Of a DNA stretch of 64,000 nt, positions 19,662-30,060 are shown one piece after another. The DNA comes from Dehalococcoidia bacterium (lineage in GTDB: Bacteria > Chloroflexota > Dehalococcoidia > GIF9 > AB-539-J10): assembly GCA_046497565.1 (NCBI GenBank), contig JAWOFK010000073.1, forward strand, positions 36,810-100,809, given 5' to 3'. Made by a program: the position numbers and the translations under genes. The number at the start of each line of letters is the position of its first letter. The first letter of the stretch is position 1. A model generated the notes under the pieces. It saw only the letters and a program-made list of their open reading frames with translations. It searched no databases and was not told the origin of the DNA.

Positions 19662-20191
19662 AGCTCTTCTTTTCCTACTTCGGCATAGCGGATGACCTTC
19701 TTTTCGCCCTTCTCGTAGAACTCAATTTCCTTCATCTGTGTGTAACTGAGGACGTTGTTGAGACGCCTGGATTCGCCCAGAGCAGCCTCCGGTATCAGCC
19801 TGAGTGCTCCCTTGGGACATTTCCTGACGCACTCGGGGTCTCCTCCACACATATCACACTTGATGGGCAGGTCATAATCTTCATGTATATATATTGCTCC
19901 AAAAGGACACGCTTCCACACATTTGTAACAGGAACTGCAATTCTCTTCATCCAGTCGCACAACGCCATCAAGCCATCGCAAGGTATCAGTAGGACATACT
20001 TGCGCACATGCCGGCACTTTGCACTGGCTGCACACAATCGGCATTCTCACGACGGGTTGAGGGTATGTGCTCAAGACTCTTATGGCCGCCTTCTTGGGAT
20101 TGTTCACCCCGAAATGTTTGATGGCACATACAAGTTCACAGATTCTGCAACCGGAACACTGCTCAGGGATTACCGTCAGCTTCTTCGACAT
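19658..20191 (-). CDS. 4Fe-4S multi-cluster ferredoxin (AOR-associated electron-transfer subunit)
   Basis: Four CxxCxxCxxxCP-type motifs; 4-bp overlap with the aor start. Confidence 0.8.
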   Translation of the reverse strand: MSKKLTVIPEQCSGCRICELVCAIKHFGVNNPKKAAIRVLSTYPQPVVRMPIVCSQCKVPACAQVCPTDTLRWLDGVVRLDEENCSSCYKCVEACPFGAIYIHEDYDLPIKCDMCGGDPECVRKCPKGALRLIPEAALGESRRLNNVLSYTQMKEIEFYEKGEKKVIRYAEVGKEEL

Positions 20192-20324
20192 CAGATGGTC
20201 CTGGGAAGATTCGTGTAATTATCACCCCTGGATGGCGAGGTTGTCAATAAGGGTTAAGATGCATTCAAGCCACCGGGAATGCCCTGGTAAGCAATTTGGA
20301 GTGATACCATAGTATAATAAAGCT

Positions 20325-23024
20325 ATGACAAAGGAGAGGGAACCGCTCTTGCTGCTTTTTGACGGCAACGCCCTGGTGCACCGCGCCTTTCACGCTCTGC
20401 CCCCGCTAACCCAACCCAAGACCGGGGAGATGATAAACGCCGTCTATGGCTTTGCCAGTACCTTGATCAAAGTGTTTGCTGATTTCAAGCCTACTCATTG
20501 GGCTGTCACCTTTGACCGTCCTACGCCGACCTTCAGGCATGAAATGTTCGAGGAATACAAAGCGCAGCGCCCGGCCGCGCCCGAGGAACTGAGAAGCCAG
20601 ATTAAGAAGGTCCATCAGCTGGTGGAGGCGTTCTGTATTCCCGTCTTTGAAATAGACGGCTTCGAGGCCGATGATGTCCTGGGCACTCTGAGCAAGCAGG
20701 CTGATGAGCAGGGTATCGAGACCATCATCGTGACCGGGGACAATGACATGCTCCAGACTGTTTTGCCCCGAGTAAAGGCCCTGGCTCCCAGACGGACCTT
20801 CACAGATACCATCCTCTACGATGAGGAGGCAGTAGAGCAGAAATATGGCGTCAAACCTGAACAACTCGCTGACCTCAAGGCACTGGTCGGTGATGTCTCG
20901 GATAATATACCTGGTCTGCCCGGTGTGGGTCCGAAAACAGCCACCAAGCTGCTACAGCAGTATGACAGCCTCGAAGGAGTCTACGACCATCTTGATGATA
21001 TAACGCCGAGTAAGTTGCAGGACACGCTGCGTGAATATCGCGCTCAGGCTTTCCGGAATAAGGAACTGTCCACCATAGTCAAGGATGTTCCTGTCAAGCT
21101 GGACCTGGAAGCCTGCCGGGTAAGCCACTATGACCGGAACCAGGTGGCTAAGCTTTTCCAGGAGCTTCAATTCAACAAATTGCTCTCGCGCCTGCCTCAA
21201 ATACAGGGTGAGGGCACCAAGCCCTCTGCGGTCAATTGCCACATGGTAAACACGGAGACAGCTTTGGAAGAGCTCATAGCCGAAGTCAAAACGGCACAGC
21301 GACTGGCCATTGAGATTGAACCCACGGGCGAAAAGACTGGGATGGCCGATTTAGTAGGTATAGCGATATCCCCAGCCCAGGGAAAGGCTTTCTACATACC
21401 TGTGGGGCACCAGGGATTGAACCAACCGCAACAGTTGCCGATCACCCAGATCACAGCCCGACTCAAAGCAATCCTGGAAAATGCCAGAGTAGAAAAGACT
21501 GCCTATAACGGCAAGCATGTCATAGCAATGCTGGCTCGTTCTGGAATAGAAGTCAGGAACCTGAGTTTCGACCCCATGCTCGCTGCCTATCTCCTTGGCG
21601 AAAAGAGCCTCGAGCTTAAAGCACTGGCCTTTAACAAACTGGGCACCGAGATAGCGACCCCGGCTGAACTATGTGGCGTTGGGAGAAAACAAACCCTGCT
21701 ATCCCTCCTGGACGTGAGCCAGACCGCCGACTACGCCTGTGCCAGCGTGAACATCGTCTGGAGCTTAAAGGAGAGCCTGCAAACTGAACTGCGTAAGCAG
21801 GGACTGTGGCGCCTGTTCACCGATGTGGAGATGGCTTTGATTCCGGTTTTGGTAGCAATGGAGAGCAACGGCATTCTTCTGGACACCGGGCTGCTCCGTG
21901 AGATGTCTCACGAACTGGGTCAGCAACTGCTGAAATTAGAGAAGGACATCTACAGCAGTGTCGGGCATCAATTCAATATCAATTCGCCGCAGCAGTTAGG
22001 CAAGGTCCTTTTTGGGGATCTCAATCTACCGCAGTCTCGCAGAACTAAGACCGGGTACTCCACTGAAGCCTCAGTCATGGAGGCATTGAGAGGCACTCAT
22101 CCGGTAGTTGAACTGATATTGAGGTATCGTCAGCTCAGCAAGCTCAAGTCAACCTATGTTGATGCTCTACCACTGCTTGTTGACCCCGCGACCGGCAGGC
22201 TGCACACCAGTTTCAACCAGACGGGCACAGCCACTGGCCGACTCTCCTCCAGCGACCCCAACCTACAGAACATACCGATAAGGGGAGAGATTGGCAAAAA
22301 GATACGGAAAGCCATCATAGCTCCGGCCGGGACATACCTTCTCAGCGCCGATTACTCGCAGATTGACCTCAGAGCCCTGGCACACCTGTCGCAAGACCCG
22401 GGTCTGATCGAATCCTTCGCCCAGGACGAGGATATCCATGCCCTGACCGCCTCCAGTATCTTCGGCATCCCCACAGACGAGGTAACCCCTGAGATGCGCC
22501 GAAACGCCAAGACGGTTAATTTTGGAGTTGTTTATGGCATGAGCGATTACGGCCTGGAGCAAGCTACCAGCTTCAGCCGGGAGGAGGCCTCCCGGTTCAT
22601 CGCCCTGTATTTTGAGAAATATCCCAAGGTAAAGGAATATCTTGAGGCAACCAAGGAGCAGGCCCGGAAGATGGGCTATGTGCAAACGGTATTGGGGAGG
22701 AGGCGATCTCTGCCCGAGATCAACTCCTCAAACCGAGTGGTCAGGGAGGCTGCTGAGCGCATGGCCATAAATGCCCCCGTACAGGGCAGCTCCGCCGATA
22801 TCATTAAGATCGCCATGATAAACTTGCATCAGGAAATACAGAGGCGGAACCTTAAGAGCAAGATGCTGTTACAGGTACATGATGATTTGCTCTTCGAAGT
22901 ACCCGAGAATGAACTGGAGGAAATGAAATCTCTGGTCCCTGAGCTTATGACTGGGGCGGTTGAACTCCGTGTCCCCTTAAAAGTGGATACCAAGCTGGGC
23001 AGAAACTGGGGGGAGATGGACTAA
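20325..23024 (+). CDS. polA: DNA polymerase I
   Basis: 899 aa; 5'-3' exonuclease domain, 3'-5' exonuclease domain, family-A polymerase motifs (DYSQIELR, …KxxxFGxxYG…, QVHDEL-like QVHDDLLFE). Confidence 0.95.
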   Translation: MTKEREPLLLLFDGNALVHRAFHALPPLTQPKTGEMINAVYGFASTLIKVFADFKPTHWAVTFDRPTPTFRHEMFEEYKAQRPAAPEELRSQIKKVHQLVEAFCIPVFEIDGFEADDVLGTLSKQADEQGIETIIVTGDNDMLQTVLPRVKALAPRRTFTDTILYDEEAVEQKYGVKPEQLADLKALVGDVSDNIPGLPGVGPKTATKLLQQYDSLEGVYDHLDDITPSKLQDTLREYRAQAFRNKELSTIVKDVPVKLDLEACRVSHYDRNQVAKLFQELQFNKLLSRLPQIQGEGTKPSAVNCHMVNTETALEELIAEVKTAQRLAIEIEPTGEKTGMADLVGIAISPAQGKAFYIPVGHQGLNQPQQLPITQITARLKAILENARVEKTAYNGKHVIAMLARSGIEVRNLSFDPMLAAYLLGEKSLELKALAFNKLGTEIATPAELCGVGRKQTLLSLLDVSQTADYACASVNIVWSLKESLQTELRKQGLWRLFTDVEMALIPVLVAMESNGILLDTGLLREMSHELGQQLLKLEKDIYSSVGHQFNINSPQQLGKVLFGDLNLPQSRRTKTGYSTEASVMEALRGTHPVVELILRYRQLSKLKSTYVDALPLLVDPATGRLHTSFNQTGTATGRLSSSDPNLQNIPIRGEIGKKIRKAIIAPAGTYLLSADYSQIDLRALAHLSQDPGLIESFAQDEDIHALTASSIFGIPTDEVTPEMRRNAKTVNFGVVYGMSDYGLEQATSFSREEASRFIALYFEKYPKVKEYLEATKEQARKMGYVQTVLGRRRSLPEINSSNRVVREAAERMAINAPVQGSSADIIKIAMINLHQEIQRRNLKSKMLLQVHDDLLFEVPENELEEMKSLVPELMTGAVELRVPLKVDTKLGRNWGEMD

Positions 23025-23028
23025 GACG

Positions 23029-23715
23029 TCAGGAGCTTGCTGTAGCCTTACGCAGCACCAGGGCACCAACAGGGCAGACGACAACACACTCGCTACAGTC
23101 CTCACAACCGGCTCTCCCCATTGGCTCGTCCCCAAAAGTGGTGACCATCCTCCGGAAGCCGCGGTAAGCAAACCCAATCTTTCCCTTGCCCAGTTTTTCC
23201 CGGCACACCCAAACGCATCTGCCGCAGAGTACACATTTGTTGGGGTCGTACACGAACAGAGGACTGCTTTCATCCACGGGCAGGTCGGGCAATATCTTGC
23301 TGAACCGTTTCGTCTTGAGCTTCACGCCGAGGTGCTTGGCCAGATTCTGAAGCTCGCAGGAACCATTTCTCGGACAATGGGTGCAATCCACAGGATGGCT
23401 GGCCAGGAGTAATTCCAGAGCGGTGCGAGCCAGTCTCAATGCCTTTGCCCCTCTGGTATCGACCACCATCCCTTCTGCCACAGGTGTGGTACAGGCTGTC
23501 ACCGGAGCATCCTTACCTTCGACCTCCACAAAACAGAGACGACAGGAGGCAAAAGGCTCGCTCTTTTCCCGAATGGCACAAAGATTGGGGATGTAGACGC
23601 CATTATCCAGAGCTGCCCACAGGACCTTTTCTCCTGGGGCAGCTCTTATTTTCTTACCGTCAATCGTCAGAGAAACGCTCTTAAATTTTGCCAGTACCGT
23701 CACCTCTTTTCTCAC
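23029..23715 (-). CDS. 2Fe-2S/4Fe-4S iron-sulfur protein resembling the N-terminal domain of NuoG / formate dehydrogenase alpha / [FeFe]-hydrogenase
   Basis: Plant-type 2Fe-2S Cys pattern, HPVDCTHCPRNGSC His-ligated cluster motif, two CxxCxxCxxxCP ferredoxin motifs. Confidence 0.7.
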   Translation of the reverse strand: MRKEVTVLAKFKSVSLTIDGKKIRAAPGEKVLWAALDNGVYIPNLCAIREKSEPFASCRLCFVEVEGKDAPVTACTTPVAEGMVVDTRGAKALRLARTALELLLASHPVDCTHCPRNGSCELQNLAKHLGVKLKTKRFSKILPDLPVDESSPLFVYDPNKCVLCGRCVWVCREKLGKGKIGFAYRGFRRMVTTFGDEPMGRAGCEDCSECVVVCPVGALVLRKATASS

Positions 23716-23773
23716 CCTTGAGGAAGAGAAAAGCTCAGGGCCAGAGTATCTTCCTGAACTGGCCTATCGCCCT

Positions 23774-25537
23774 TTAGAAAAGCCCCTCTACCTTGCCGGT
23801 CTTCGTATCAACATCTACCCGCCTGAAGGCCGGGTCGGAGCTGGTGCCTGGCATCAGGCTGATCGTCCCGGCGCAGGGACAGAGGAATTTCGCCCCGGAA
23901 TAAATCAACACGTCGCGGATGGGCAGGGTCCAGCCTTTGGGCACACCCTTAAGGGTCGGATCGTGCGATAGACTCAGATGGGTCTTCACCATCATGGTAG
24001 CGTAATCATCATACTTGGAATCGGCCTCCAGCATCTTGGCCTTAGCCTCAGCATCAGGAGTCCATGACACACTATCCGCTCCATAGACCACTTTGGCAAT
24101 CTTGTCCACCCGCTCTCGCAGCTTCATTTCGGTGGGGTAAAGGAATTTGAAGTCGTTCTTCTCTTCACAGGCTTCCTTAACTGTATCGGCAAGCTCCAGA
24201 GCACCATCACCACCCTTGAGCCAGTGCTCACTGAGCGCACACCGTGCCCCGGCTGCCTCGGCTGCCTTGCGCACCATGGCAATCTCGTCCTTGGTATCGG
24301 TGTGGAAGGCGTTGATACAGACCACCGGGTTGATGCCTGCGGCCCTGATGGTGTTGATGTGGTGCAGCATGTTAGGAAGACCTTTCTCCAACAGCCCCAG
24401 GTCTTCCTTGGTATAGGAATCAGGCAGGGGTAGACCAGCCACTACCTTGGGGCCACCCCCATGCATCTTCAGTGCCCTGATGGTGGTGGTAAGTACCGAT
24501 ACATGCGGCTTGAGACCGCTGAGCCGGCATTTCACGTTCCAGAACTTCTCGAACCCTATGTCGGCAGCAAACCCGCTCTCGGTGACATTATAGTCAAACA
24601 TCTTGAGCGCAATGCGGTCACCTATGATGGAAGACTGTCCTACGGCGATGTTGGCAAAGGGACCGGCGTGCACCAGGCAAGGCTGATACTCCGCGGTGCA
24701 CATCAGGGTGGGGTTGATTGTGTTACGCATCCAGGCAGTCATTGCCCCACCCACTTCCAGATCGCCGGTGGTAACGGGATTACCATCCCTATCAAAGGCA
24801 ATGGTAATTTCATCCATCCTCTTGCGCAGGTCTGCCAGGTCCGTGACAATAGATAGCATAGCCATGAGCTCGGAACTGACAGCGATGCCGAACCTGGACT
24901 GCATGGTATAGCCATCCATGCGGCCACCCAGGCCTATCACGATATTCCTCAGACTCTGGGCACAGAAATCTATTATCCAGCCCATCTCTACCCTGGTCGG
25001 GTCAACGTTCAATCGGCGCATCCTTGTGCGCTTGGCCAGCTCCTCATCATTGTAGTTGCGCTCGTGCTGCATCCTGGAAGTAAGCGCCACCAGGGCCAGA
25101 TTGTGGGCATTCATGATGTCATTAATGTCACCCGTAAGCCCCAGGGAGAATTCGGTCATGGGAATCAATAGCGCATTGCCACCGCCGGCAGCGGTACCCT
25201 TGATATTCATACTCGGACCACCCGAGGGCTGACGTATTACACCGCCCACATTCCAACCTCGCTTGCCCATGCCTTCCAGGAGTCCCATGCTGGTCGTGGT
25301 TTTCCCTTCACCCAGTGGCGTGGGAGTTATGGCAGTTACCTCGATGTACTTGCCATCCGGCCTGTCCTTGAGGCGCTCGATAATCTTCAGGAAGTCGAGC
25401 CTGGATAGCCTCCCGTAAGGAATAACCTCATCCTTCTGTAAGTTCAGTTTTTCCCGCCACTCATCGGGGGTTGGCATGTTTTCCTCGGCAGCTTCCGAAA
25501 TCTGCCAGTCTTTCAGTTTTGTCGCATCATAAGCCAT
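23774..25537 (-). CDS. fhs: formate--tetrahydrofolate ligase
   Basis: 587 aa; [11 protein letters not shown]-loop of FTHFS and full-length family conservation. Confidence 0.95.
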   Translation of the reverse strand: MAYDATKLKDWQISEAAEENMPTPDEWREKLNLQKDEVIPYGRLSRLDFLKIIERLKDRPDGKYIEVTAITPTPLGEGKTTTSMGLLEGMGKRGWNVGGVIRQPSGGPSMNIKGTAAGGGNALLIPMTEFSLGLTGDINDIMNAHNLALVALTSRMQHERNYNDEELAKRTRMRRLNVDPTRVEMGWIIDFCAQSLRNIVIGLGGRMDGYTMQSRFGIAVSSELMAMLSIVTDLADLRKRMDEITIAFDRDGNPVTTGDLEVGGAMTAWMRNTINPTLMCTAEYQPCLVHAGPFANIAVGQSSIIGDRIALKMFDYNVTESGFAADIGFEKFWNVKCRLSGLKPHVSVLTTTIRALKMHGGGPKVVAGLPLPDSYTKEDLGLLEKGLPNMLHHINTIRAAGINPVVCINAFHTDTKDEIAMVRKAAEAAGARCALSEHWLKGGDGALELADTVKEACEEKNDFKFLYPTEMKLRERVDKIAKVVYGADSVSWTPDAEAKAKMLEADSKYDDYATMMVKTHLSLSHDPTLKGVPKGWTLPIRDVLIYSGAKFLCPCAGTISLMPGTSSDPAFRRVDVDTKTGKVEGLF

Positions 25538-25569
25538 GATAACCTCCTCTGTAATTTACCATTTTTCTA

Positions 25570-26478
25570 TTATTTTCCCATACGCTCAGCCCTGCGTTCG
25601 GCCGCTACTACCGTGTTAACCATGAGCATGGTGATAGTCATTGGCCCTACCCCCCCGGGCACCGGAGTAATAGCGCTGGCTTTCTCTTTGACCGTCTCGA
25701 ATTCTACATCCCCCCTGAGGTCGGCGACCTGCTTGTTGGGGTCCGCCTTGCTGGGTTTCCATCCCACACGGTTTACCCCGACATCAATAACGACTGCCCC
25801 TTCCTTCACCATGTCCGCTTTGATAACTTCCGCAGAGCCCATTGCGGCAACCAGTATATCCGCCTGTCTTGTGATTTCGGCCATGTTCTTAGTCCCCGTG
25901 TGGACGACGGTCACAGTGGCATTGGCGCGCTTGTTTTTCTGTACCAGCATGGCCATGAGAGGCTTGCCTACTATGTTGCTTCGGCCGCAAATGACCACAT
26001 GCTTGCCTTCAGGCGAGTTGCCGCTGCGGACCATCAACTCCACTGCGCCATGCGGGGTACAGGGCATGAAATACGGGTCTCCGATGAGCATCTTGCCTAC
26101 ATTGATGGGGTGGAAGCCATCCACATCTTTAGCCGGGTCGATGAGATTCAACACTTTGTCCGCGTTGATGTGTTTTGGCAATGGCAGCTGAACCAGTATG
26201 CCGTCGACATGCTCTGCTTTATTCATCTCCCCCACTTTGGAGAGCAGTTCCTCTTCGGAAGCGCTCTCCGGCAGCACAATGGTTTCTGACCACACGCCTA
26301 TCTCCTGTGCCGCCTTTTCCTTGCCCGAGACGTAGGAAACGGATGCGGGGTCCTCTCCCACGCGGATCATGACCAGGCCCGGCGTTACGCCCCGGCTCTT
26401 GAGCTTGGATACCCGCTCTGTCAACTCGGCCCGGATCTCCTTCGCTACCTCGGTTCCTGAGATTATCTTTGCCGTCAT
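25570..26478 (-). CDS. folD: bifunctional 5,10-methylene-THF dehydrogenase / methenyl-THF cyclohydrolase
   Basis: 302 aa; typical FolD N-terminal catalytic and NAD(P)-binding domains (GRSNIVGKP). Confidence 0.9.
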   Translation of the reverse strand: MTAKIISGTEVAKEIRAELTERVSKLKSRGVTPGLVMIRVGEDPASVSYVSGKEKAAQEIGVWSETIVLPESASEEELLSKVGEMNKAEHVDGILVQLPLPKHINADKVLNLIDPAKDVDGFHPINVGKMLIGDPYFMPCTPHGAVELMVRSGNSPEGKHVVICGRSNIVGKPLMAMLVQKNKRANATVTVVHTGTKNMAEITRQADILVAAMGSAEVIKADMVKEGAVVIDVGVNRVGWKPSKADPNKQVADLRGDVEFETVKEKASAITPVPGGVGPMTITMLMVNTVVAAERRAERMGK

Positions 26479-26502
26479 CTAAACACCTCCTTTCTTAAGT
26501 TT

Positions 26503-27297
26503 CTATGTTATCGGCTCACCAGCAATTCCCGATTTACCATCGCTAAGGCGCGCCGCAATATCCTTCATCTGGCTGATGACCACGGAACTTAATTTGCTGA
26601 GGGAAAGATTGCCCAGACCTGCTTCTATTATGCTCTGGTCATAGGGAATGAAGCCCAGAAATTCAAAGTCCGGCATCGCCGCCAGCAGAAACTCCCTGTC
26701 CTTTTCACTGCGAACCTTGTTGGCTACCACCTTAATGCTTTCTAAACCGATGTCTTTGGCCAGTTCTCTTATCCTGTAGGCTGTTTCCACACTACCCCTG
26801 CCCGGCTCTACCACCACTATCAGCTCATCTACCGCCTTTGCTGTGGCCCGCCCAAAATGCTCTACCCCGGCCTCCATGTCCATTATGACTACTTCATCCC
26901 TCTGCAGCAGCAAGTGAGAAACCAGCGCTTCCAGTAAGGCATTTTCCGGACAATAGCAGCCACTGCCACCCTTCTTCAACCTCCCCATCACCATCAACTT
27001 GATCCCGTTATGCTCCACCCAATAATTCTCCGGTATATCATCAACCTTGGGATTCAACTTGAAGTAAGGCGCGGCCTGACCGGGGCGTGCCCCCGTCCTT
27101 TCTTCAATCAGGTCTGCCATCTCAGATATCGGGGTTATCTTCTCCGGATTTGGAAAGCCCAGAGCAGTTGCCAGGGTGGCATTGGGGTCGGCATCTATGG
27201 CCAGGACGGTATAGCCGGACTCGCTAAATATAGTAGAAAGGAGGGAGACAAACATTGTCTTGCCCACGCCTCCTTTACCACTAACAGCGACTTTCAT
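26503..27297 (-). CDS. cooC: CooC/AcsF-like P-loop ATPase (MinD/ParA superfamily nickel-insertion accessory protein)
   Basis: Deviant Walker A KGGVGKT; adjacent to fhs and folD; the track ORF begins 10 codons upstream. Confidence 0.75.
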   Translation of the reverse strand: MKVAVSGKGGVGKTMFVSLLSTIFSESGYTVLAIDADPNATLATALGFPNPEKITPISEMADLIEERTGARPGQAAPYFKLNPKVDDIPENYWVEHNGIKLMVMGRLKKGGSGCYCPENALLEALVSHLLLQRDEVVIMDMEAGVEHFGRATAKAVDELIVVVEPGRGSVETAYRIRELAKDIGLESIKVVANKVRSEKDREFLLAAMPDFEFLGFIPYDQSIIEAGLGNLSLSKLSSVVISQMKDIAARLSDGKSGIAGEPIT

Positions 27298-27434
27298 TCC
27301 CCAACCGCAAATTGTACCCTGTGTCAAAAACAGAAGTCAACCTGTACTCGGTGGATGTGTCAATAATAGATGTGTTGAATGAGTGAGATGTTATACAATA
27401 AAGGGAAAACGGAGCGGGGGTATCAACAGTTTGA

Positions 27435-29372
27435 ATGAAGAGCAGAACTGTGCAGGGTAACCTTTTTCAGGGCATAGGTCACGTTGAGACACGGGTAATT
27501 TCCCGCCGGGGCGATTTCGAGTCCCTTTTTGACGGTTTCACCAAGATGCGTGCCATTGCCTATGTAGTCTCTTCTGATCTGCTACGCGAATTCTTCCAGA
27601 AGCGCGGCTACACGAAAATCGAGGTAGTTGTAGGTGAAGACCTGACAGAGCCAGCCCTACGACAAGAGCTACAGGACAAGCCGATGGATATCCTGGAGAC
27701 ATTGGCAGCGCAGGTAGAAAATGGCTCGTTGCGCATACTTGTTCCACGGCGCAGCATCCATACCAAGTTGTACATACTGGAAAGGCCTGGATCGGTGCGC
27801 ATAATCCAGACCAGTGCCAATTTGACAGAGACGGCCCGTAAGGCCAGTCAGGTAAATTACGCCTGGTATGCCGACGTCCCTGCTGAGGATGGTTTTGTCG
27901 AGAGAGTGCTGCGGGACTATCGGTCTCACGCAAAAGGCTGCACGCTTTTCATGGGCGAGCTGGTGAACCTCTTTAAAGAGCGCGATAGCACGCCTAGACG
28001 CGAGCTAATTGAGGTGTGGGTGAAGGGAGAGACTATGCCTGCGCCCGAATCTGAGGCGGCAAAAGTGTTCCAGGAAATCTCCACCCAATCTCTCCTTGTT
28101 CCCGGCGAAAAAGAGGCAGACATTGTAACTGTGAAGCTGCCCGAAGCACCAGCTGCCAGAAAGGAAATCGAGCGCCTATTAAGGCCGCTAAAGCCAGCAA
28201 TAACCACCAGTGCGGTCACCCTTAGCTTATCGGCATTCGTCAACCATGTGCATACGACGTATGGAATCCCCTTGATGAGGGTCGATATGGAGAGACAGGA
28301 AATCCGTCTGGGACTGAAGGGGACGGTACTCCGCCTGTCAGAGGCGTTGCCCGACGCTCCAACTGTCAACCAGGGTTTGGAACACCTGGAAGATTATGTG
28401 CGTACCATAGACCTGGGGAAAAGCCCGGACCCGACATTTGCCAAGGCCAGCATGTTCGAAGCACTACTGTATATGTTCTTCTCGCCATTCGCCAATGAGT
28501 ATATGCGCAGAAAACGCCTGGCCTATGCTCAGGTGGACCCAAAGGGCCCCCGGTTCCTTTATATCTACGGCCCTACGCAGAACGGTAAAACAACTTTTCT
28601 CCGATTTTCCCTCAAGCTGATCACCGGACAGGACATGGAGGCTCTACCCAGGGGCGAATTCTCCAGCCGAAAGATACGAGGATCGGCCACTGTCGGCACC
28701 GTGTTCCCGCTGGCGTTCGACGACGTCGAGTTTTCTGGCAAACGCTGGGTTCAGGATGTTTTCAGGTCTTATTGGGAAACTTGGTGGAGAGGCACGCTGG
28801 ACATCCCACAGCTTGTGTTGACTTCAAATGAGCCCAGACTGCAAGATTGGGCGAGGTCCCGTGTCAAGAGAATCGATTTTGATGTCCATTTTGCCTCGAC
28901 CGAAAAGGGGAAGAGAAAGCTCAAGGAGTTGTTTGAGCGCGATAATCGCCTTTTCCGCTGGTTCTCCTACCTGTATCTCAAGCGACTGGCAGTGGCGGAC
29001 GACGAGTTCAGCGACGACGAACTCTACACTGCCCGGGCAGTCATGCGAGACCTCTATGCACACGCCACCAGGAAACAGCCGGAATTCTTCCTTGACCAGC
29101 CTGTTGAAACAAAGTATGACTTGGGGAGAAAACGGTGGGCTGATGTTCTCTACGCCAGGCGGGATGCAAGAGTGGCGCGAGAGAAGGATAGATTGCTGGT
29201 GCGTTTTCCTGACCAGATGCAGTTCTGGGAGATTCGCCGCTACGAGGGATATCTTCCGCCCGAGATAAAGGCCCGCCAGGAGGGCCACACGATAATAGTT
29301 GAAACACCGGGGGAATTCGATGCCTGGTGTCCAGCGCCGCGCCGGCGACTATGGCCGTTCAGCCGCAAATAG
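27435..29372 (+). CDS. fusion protein: N-terminal PLD-like (HKD) nuclease domain + C-terminal SF3-helicase-like P-loop NTPase
   Basis: HKD-type signature H109-T-K…E…TSANLT (HxK…SxNxT). Downstream: Walker A GPTQNGKT (aa 379-386), Walker B FPLAFDDVE, and SF3 motif C VLTSN (aa 461-464). No homology to the surrounding C1-metabolism genes. Confidence 0.55.
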   Translation: MKSRTVQGNLFQGIGHVETRVISRRGDFESLFDGFTKMRAIAYVVSSDLLREFFQKRGYTKIEVVVGEDLTEPALRQELQDKPMDILETLAAQVENGSLRILVPRRSIHTKLYILERPGSVRIIQTSANLTETARKASQVNYAWYADVPAEDGFVERVLRDYRSHAKGCTLFMGELVNLFKERDSTPRRELIEVWVKGETMPAPESEAAKVFQEISTQSLLVPGEKEADIVTVKLPEAPAARKEIERLLRPLKPAITTSAVTLSLSAFVNHVHTTYGIPLMRVDMERQEIRLGLKGTVLRLSEALPDAPTVNQGLEHLEDYVRTIDLGKSPDPTFAKASMFEALLYMFFSPFANEYMRRKRLAYAQVDPKGPRFLYIYGPTQNGKTTFLRFSLKLITGQDMEALPRGEFSSRKIRGSATVGTVFPLAFDDVEFSGKRWVQDVFRSYWETWWRGTLDIPQLVLTSNEPRLQDWARSRVKRIDFDVHFASTEKGKRKLKELFERDNRLFRWFSYLYLKRLAVADDEFSDDELYTARAVMRDLYAHATRKQPEFFLDQPVETKYDLGRKRWADVLYARRDARVAREKDRLLVRFPDQMQFWEIRRYEGYLPPEIKARQEGHTIIVETPGEFDAWCPAPRRRLWPFSRK

Positions 29373-29495
29373 AGACACTCATGATGAATCGGTCCCACAA
29401 TAGCGTAAGACTGGCAGCCTGGCTTGCGCCTGTGTTATAGTCAAAACCGAATTTCCCAGCTGCAAAGGCTATGAGAGTCAAAGAAAGGAGACAAC

Positions 29496-29831
29496 ATGGG
29501 TAGAGAAGAGAGAAGAGCAGAACAAAAACCGAGGAAGAGAAGGCTCCACTGGCTGGAAAAGAGACGCAAGAAAAGCCAGCGACTCAACGAGGTCGTTAGC
29601 CAGCTGGAGGAGTACTTTGACGAAGAGGAGCTTGAGAATGCAAAAACCTTCTTTGTCGACTATTTCACATGGAGCGGGCCATTTTCTGAATTCGATGACA
29701 CGATCGACTTTGAAAGTCTGGACCGCATCTGCAAAGACTATGGGATTGAGTTTTTCGATGCAAACTTCATCATGGACCTCGTAGACGAAGTATTCTCAGA
29801 AGAGCTCGATGAACTCGCCAACGGGCTCTGA
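29496..29831 (+). CDS. hypothetical small protein, basic N-terminus and strongly acidic C-terminus
   Basis: 111 aa; RRKKSQR-rich N-terminal helix followed by a D/E/F-rich region; same strand, 123 bp downstream of the PLD-SF3 gene. Confidence 0.4.
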   Translation: MGREERRAEQKPRKRRLHWLEKRRKKSQRLNEVVSQLEEYFDEEELENAKTFFVDYFTWSGPFSEFDDTIDFESLDRICKDYGIEFFDANFIMDLVDEVFSEELDELANGL

Positions 29832-30060
29832 CCAGCCTTCTGTCCTGCGATGTGCCTCTTCCGTACGGATTGCACGATTGTCAGGAACGTGCAGTGATGA
29901 TTCAGCACATCCAAGTCATTTTGGCGGCACGTATTCGAGCGGTACCACAATATATACCCTTCTCAACTCAAGACTTCACGACTGGTTTTCAATGGAGTGC
30001 GTACATCGCCACCGATTTGAGTGGGTATTCCGGAGACACAATACCTCATTTGTAACACGG

